Origin: Kondoa subrosea
Lineage: Eukaryota
DNA length: 64,000 nt
Assembly: GCA_039545335.1 (NCBI GenBank)
Contig: BCIN01000008.1
Coordinates: 693,528 to 757,527 of the forward strand
Direction: 5' to 3'
In this document: piece after piece, positions 51,634 through 64,000 of the stretch
How the letters are laid out: each line of letters opens with the position of its first letter
Numbering within the stretch: position 1 is the stretch's first letter
The notes under the pieces: generated by a model
The model's database searches: none
The model's input: the letters and a program-made list of their open reading frames with translations, nothing else
Told to the model about the DNA's origin: nothing
Translations under genes and position numbers: made by a program

Positions 51634-52295
51634 ACAAGTTGAAGTAGTGGTTTTTAATGACATGGTGTAGAGCAAGGAATAGCATGGAAACGAAAGGGAA
51701 AGAGCAGCAGCGCGCATGAAGGGGTAGACAGGGGCTTTATTTACAAACATGAAGAATGCGAGCTAAAGACACTGAAACAATTCGAATTCGCTCCAGGAAC
51801 AAGAAGAACAGTCACAATCGATAGCTGCAGATCTCTGGACTACTTAAAAAGCGCATCGAGGAAGGAAGGCAATCACATGTGCCTAAAGTAAAAAGCTGGG
51901 CAAGGCAGTCTGACCAACTGACGGATAGGAGAAGAGATGATCGTGAGACGCCTGAGAACGTGATGCAACAGCGAGAATATTTGACGGTGCTCAGATCAGC
52001 AGAAGAAGAAGAAGAGAAGACGAATGTCCAAAACCAAGCAAATGTTAACGGAAATAGCGGAAGATTAGTAAAAGCGAGATCAAACTGGAGCAAAAGGGAG
52101 GCTCCATGAAACTGGAGAAGGACATGATATCCAGCTTAACCACAAATGTAGTACGCTTGCACTGCTCGATGATCGATCGCAGCTTGAACGTGTCACGAAA
52201 ACGAGGAACTCGGGGCGGAAAATTCGAGAGTCGAGAAATTTTCGATGAGGTGATTTTGATCTCAAACAGTTTCCTAGTAAACTATTCCAAACCTC

Positions 52296-55200
52296 ATGTC
52301 TGCCACATCTGCTACTCGTTCTGCCGTCCTGTGAGTGTCGGAAGTGTCGCATTTCAAGAGAGTCTTGTTGCTGAACGTGTGTCTCTTCGACGTAATAGAG
52401 GCTTCCCTCGTATTGGTCCATTCAGAGAGGTTAAGAAGGCCGTAGAAAGCTGTGAGTTTGAGATATCAAGGTCGTTGCTCAAGCTCAAGCGGTCTTGGGG
52501 CAATAGATTGGGGTGACAAGTCTTCAGCTGAAGATCTCGAGAAAGTCGCAAAGGAGGTCCGTCTAGGCAACTACAAGACCATCAAAGATGCAGGCGTCGA
52601 TATCATCCCAAGGTCAGCCCAAACACAAGACATCTCGAAGTTCTGTTGGCTAACATTTCGACAGCGGTGACTTCACCCTTTACGATCACGTTCTCGATCA
52701 CTCCGTCTTGTTCGGCGTGGTACCAAAGAAGTACACTGATGCTAAGCTGAGCCATTTGGATTTGACTTTCGCTATGGGTCGTGGTCGCCAGCGAGACGGT
52801 GTTGATGGTGAGCATGGAAAGGCGCTTGTCAGACTATTCTGATTTGGTCGCGTGATTTTTGCCTCACAGTTGAAGCTCGTACGTCAGCGACTGCTGTTCA
52901 TGTCAATGATCCTGACTGAATTGCTTCCAGAGGAAATGCAAAAGTAAGCTGATGCCGATCGTTGCCCTGCTTCCGCTTATCCTCCTGACCTGGACAGATG
53001 GTTCGACTCTAACTACCATGTGCGCATAAAGCAGCTCTAGAGAGGCTCCAGCTGATTAAGATCGCAGTACATCGTTCCGGAACTCTCCCCAAAGACTGAA
53101 TTCTCCCTTGGTAAATCTGGCTCAATCAAGCAAGTCGATATGTACAAGGAAGCCAAAGAAGCTGGCTACGAAACCCGTCCAGTCATTCTTGGTCCAATCA
53201 CTTATCTCTTGATCGGAAAGCCTTCACCTGAATTAGGTGCTTCAACCGATTTCCAACCTATTTCCCTGCTCTCCAAATTCGTTCCTGTTTACGTCGAATT
53301 GCTCAAGAAGCTCAAAGAGGCTGGTGTAAAAGAAGTTCAGATCGATGAACCTGCTCTTGTTATGGACTCGACCAAAGATTTGGCTGCCGAGTTCCAAAAG
53401 ACTTACGGCGAGCTTGCCAAAGCTGCTGAAGGCATTGAAATCACTCTTACTACCTGTCAGTACACGATTTTGTTGTGCGGACCAACGACTGATGATTGAG
53501 GTCATGCAGACTTCGGTCGTCTCGACTCAAACTTGGACTACGTCAAGTCCCTTCCGGTCAAGGCTCTTCATGTCGATTTGGACAGAGCTCCTCAGCAACT
53601 AGATGCTACCATTGCTGCTCTCAAAGATACTAAGCTTACTCTTTCACTCGGTCTCGTATCTGGCCGAAACATCTGGAAGGCCGACTTTGAGGCGTGCATT
53701 TCCAAGGCCAAGAAAGCTATCGAAGCCCTCGGTGCTGAACGCGTTGTTGTGGCTACCTCATCTTCTCTTCTACACACTCCAGTAACACTAGCCAACGAGA
53801 AGAAGCTAAAGGCTGAACAAAAGGACTGGTTCTCTTTCGCAACTGAGAAATGTCACGAAGTTGCTGCTATCGCGAAAGCTCTTTCTTCACCAGACAGCGT
53901 CAAGGAAGCTTTGGATGCTAATAAGAAATCTATTGATGCTCGAAGACAATTCGAAACTACTTCAGATGCCGCCGTCAGAGATCGAGTAGCTGGTATCACT
54001 GAAGAAATGTTCAAGCGCAAGAGCGAGTTCGCTACAAGAAGAGCTGCGCAAGACAAAGTTCACCCTTTGCCTAAATTCCCTACTACCACTATTGGTTCTT
54101 TCCCTGTAGGTTTCTGTCATCGTCAGCATTCAAATGCTGAGGGTGACGTCAAAATCCTACAGCAAACCAAGGAAATTCGTCAAGCTCGCGCTAAATTCAC
54201 CAAGGGTGATTTATCTGCTGAAGAGTATGACAAGTTCATTGCCAAGGAGATTGAGACCGTCGTTCGCTTCCAAGAGAAAGTTGGCCTTGATCTGCTCGTT
54301 CATGGTGAACCAGAGAGAAACGACATGGTTCAGGTCGGTCTGAAATCCAGCATATTGGCTCGTGATAGCTTATTGCGAGAGTAATGCCAACAGTACTTCG
54401 GTGAACAACTCACCGGTTTCGTCTTCACTGAGAATGCATGGGTCCAATCATACGGATCTCGTTATGTTCGACCACCTATCGTCGTTTCCGACATTTCTCG
54501 ACCTGAACCAATGACCGTCAAATGGTCATCTTACGCTCAGACTTTGTCCAAGCAACCTGTCAAGGGAATGTTGACCGGTAGGCAGTCTGCAAGAACCTCA
54601 ACCCTTTGGGCTGATCGGTTTTCCTTGCTCCTACAGGTCCTGTAACCATCCTGAACTGGTCTTTCCCTAGAGCAGATGTCAGCAAAAAAGTTCAAGCTAT
54701 GCAACTTGGTTTGGCGCTTCGTGATGAAGTTGTCGATCTGGAAAAGGTCGGCATTCTGCTCACTCTTTATGACTCTCGTTGACTCTTACATACAATCCTT
54801 ACAGGCAGGAATCTTTGCCATTCAGGTAGACGAACCCGCTATTCGTGAAGGTCTACCTCTGCGCAAGTCCGAATGGGACGAGTAAGCGATTTCTTTTCGT
54901 GCATGAGTCTGCGCTCATGGCTACAAAAGATATCTACTCTGGGCGGTGTAAGTGGATGCCGAGTCCGGAGAGGCGCAATACCGACATGATCTTGTCTACA
55001 GTGACTCCTTCCGACTGTCAACTGCTGGTGTTACCGATGCAACACAGACTCACTCTCACTTCTGCTACTCAGACTTTGTAAGTTAGAAACCTCTTCGCTA
55101 TCAATGCTGTTTGCTGATAAGTTGCTCCAGAACGCTATTTTCGATCACATCGCCCGTCTTGATGCTGATGTTATGTAAGTTTCAAAGTCTTTTATAAAGT

Positions 55201-55842
55201 GAGCCTCTCGCTAAACTCCTCATCCTAGCTCCATCGAAGCTTCCAAGTCTTCGTTGAAGCTGTTGGATGTATTCGAGCAGAACAAGTATGACAAGCAGGT
55301 TAGTTTATGCTTTCTGTTGTGCCTGGCTTCGGTCTGATGCGTTGCTGTTAGATTGGTCCTGGGTGAGCTTCAGTGAACTTCCACGCAATCGGTACTGATC
55401 AGTGTTATCAGTGTCTATGACATTCACTCTCCTCGGTGAGCTAGAATGTAGCTTGCTCCGAATGGTCCATTGATAACTTCTCGTCTGTTCCAGTGTCCCT
55501 CCTCAAGCCGAAATCCAAGATCGCATTGCTGCTATGCTCAAGCAAATTGCACCTGAGCTTTTGTTCATGTGAGTCAAGACTTTTTTGAGCAGAAGTTTTT
55601 GCTCATCTTGATTTTTAAGCAACCCTGACTGTACGTGACCAACATTTCTTATTAGTGAATGACCTTATAACTTTTCACTCTATATAGGCGGTCTGAAGAG
55701 TGAGTCTAGTACATCTCACCTAGTGTGTCATACTGATTTTCTGGTCGTACCAGCTCGTGGATGGAAGGAGACCGAACAATCCCTGGAGAACCTCGTCGGA
55801 GCTGCCAAATGGGCACGCAAAGAGCTTGTCGCGGCCGCTTAA
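52296..55842 (+). CDS. MET6: Cobalamin-independent methionine synthase
   Basis: [55 protein letters not shown]; more than 20 introns. Confidence 0.98.
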
Positions 55843-56059
55843 TTACGCTCTCACTTTCAAGACAACTTATTTCGTTTCAGTATTCATTGGCATTTCAACT
55901 TGCTTATCAAGCTTCATATCAACATGACATCGATACCAAATTTGGCTTCACGGGAATTACGACTAGAGGGGCTTCAAAGAGACTTTTAACAAGCCTCGCA
56001 AAGAAAAAGGCTTTAACAGCTGAACTGTATAGTACGATCGAGATGGCAAATGCACTATC

Positions 56060-57894
56060 TCATCTCGAAAAAATCTTGACGCCTGCAACGTAGACTGCCT
56101 TTCTATCTACGCTTGTCCCGTTGTAGAACCATCTCTCGACAATCTCTTCAAAAGGCATCTTGTCTTCTCTCTTCAATTCATCGAGGAATAGATCTACTTG
56201 ACTGTCAAGGGACTCGCCGATCGAGATCAGTTGCGCATCGAATTTCTTTCCGACCTCGAAATGGCCAATGCGCAAATCGAGATCAAGTGTTTGAGCTCCG
56301 CTGTAATATTAGCAATCAGAACCTCTGGTAGACTTCTTCAGCGAAAAGTCACTTGCCCTAGCGTAGCAACGTAGATCGCCTCTTTGAATGTAATAGCTAA
56401 ATCGCTTCGCAAAGGTTTGCCAGCTTGAGTAGCAAAGAAGTCTTTTCTCCCATCCGCGATGAGATTCCTTCTTTGCTTGGCGACGAGCATAGCTCCTCTC
56501 ATGGTTTGATTGCTGGACATGGTGTATCCACCCGAAACATCCGCGCCCCTTTGACTTTCTTGTCAGTTCCCGGACGTCCTTTCAGACTGAAGGAACTTAC
56601 AAGCCAACCTTCACATCTGCTTCTAACGCTTCACGCAAGGGAAAAGGTCTTTCTGAGAAATAGACATTAGATATTGGGCAATGTGCTACTGATACGCCTG
56701 TTTGCTTGAAGGCCTCTAGATCTTCCGGTCTGCGCATTTCAGCATTGCCATATGTAAATCGGGATATGACTTACTCAATATGAGTGCAATGGGCCATTAA
56801 GCTGCGTTTCTTCATGTAGCCCAGCTACAGGCTCAGGTCAGCAAGGCAGACCTAGGAACGCTCAGATTGAGGTAGCCTCTCACCTCGGTGAAGATGTCCA
56901 GCTCTGTTCTATTCTTGTATAGCGATCGAGAGAAAGACATTTCACCAGCTCCTTCGCACATATGGGCTAACTGGACTTTCAATGTCTGCTCAACTTCACA
57001 ATGATATGGAAAAACTCACTTTGTAGTCGGATCCCCGTCCTGTCCGACATTTTTGCCAATCCAATCATAAGCTCTTTCGTGCAGGTTGGTAAAAAGCGAG
57101 GGGTGATAATAGGTTCGACAAGCTGAAGATGGGCAGGAAGGTCTTTGATCAAGGTAGCCATTTCTTCGATAAATTGCTCCGTCTTCTTGAGCGAGTCTGA
57201 AGTGGTCTCGATGTAATTTGGCGGACTGTGCTGGTCTTGCTCGAATAATTAGCTTAATAAGACCAGAACGTTCAAAGCTCACCTTGACAGACTTTGCCGA
57301 TCAAGCCTCGAATGCCTTGCTTTAGGCAAGCTTTCGCCAAAACAATGCTTTGAAGGCTTATTAGTCTTGCACATTACGGATGCCCGCAACTCACTTGGCC
57401 TCGACTGATTGGGTTCCATAGAAAGCGATCGATGTAATGCCCTCTGCAGCAAGGCGCTGCACAAGTCTTGTATATACCCTTTGGCCCATACCGTGAGGAT
57501 CGCTGTCAATCTTACTTTCTGCCGGGAACGTGTATTTTTCGAGCCATTGCATGAGTTCGAGATCGTAGCCAGTTCCAGCATTCAGATATTGAGCTGCAAT
57601 CGAAATCAGCGAAATAAAGCAAGTGAGGAGACTGATGACGAGACACATACGTGCATGAAAGTGACAGTCCACGAATGCAGGCAGTAGAAATTCTGCTTGA
57701 CCCAATTCGGTAACAGAGGCAGCTTTGCCATATTGCTCCGTGAGTGAAGAAAGTAGAGCAGTAGATGCAGGCGAATCTGCTGTCTGATAGTGCTTTATTG
57801 TCCCTTCTTCATCAACTGCTAGCAAGAAGTTCTCGTTGAAAGCGACGGTTTTGCCCAGCTGCGGGTTGACAAAGTTACCAAGGAAGACCTGCAT
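56060..57894 (-). CDS. GUD1: Guanine deaminase (amidohydrolase)
   Basis: PAFVDCHFHA|QY.NAG, LMQWLEKYTFPAE, PIITPRF, MAHCTH, HCPISN, GTDKKVKGARMFRVDT, FEVGKKFDA. Confidence 0.88.
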
Positions 57895-58138
57895 GATATG
57901 TCTTGCTCTGGACAACTGTACAGATTCACAAGGCTGTCTCGAGAAGATAAGCTTATCTCGGATTATATAATCAACCGCCCGAACATTGAAAGCAGAAACA
58001 ACAACAAAGTGGGGTGCTTTGCAGCGAAACTTGTATTAGTTTATCTCCTGCACCATTACATTACAATACAAAGGTGGAACTCTATGGTAGTATGCCAGTA
58101 TGCGCGATGTACAGCTTAGAATTTAGCTGCCCTTACTC

Positions 58139-64000
<5,862 letters not shown>

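Noticed and set aside
54882..55000. Apparently long MET6 intron as a snoRNA host
   Set aside because: It resolves into two short introns flanking an 18-nt microexon (YLLWAV).

Overview
Gene-dense, intron-rich fungal genomic DNA. Intron style (about 45-60 nt, CTRAY/CTCAT branch points) and protein content point to a basidiomycete yeast, probably Pucciniomycotina (inferred). About 25 spliced protein genes are present, mostly housekeeping or metabolic: an MFS transporter, RPL7, CRD1, RSM23/DAP3, YAE1, an animal/plant-type phosphatidylserine synthase, ALDH, a TPT-family transporter, RPN6, a P450, a 4CL-like ligase, DCC1, a Con7-type C2H2 factor, PLB, an RMP1-like protein, MET6, guanine deaminase and an ABCC transporter. 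The strongest non-coding signals are three. (1) A tandemly duplicated ~165-nt minus-strand element at 51.2-51.6 kb, divergent from MET6, whose two copies keep the same fold through compensatory changes and match no RNA family I recognise. (2) A dual-guide box C/D snoRNA in an RPL7 intron. (3) A perfect 3x28-bp triplication of a splice donor in the ABC transporter gene. Gene boundaries were spliced by eye and may be off by a few nucleotides.
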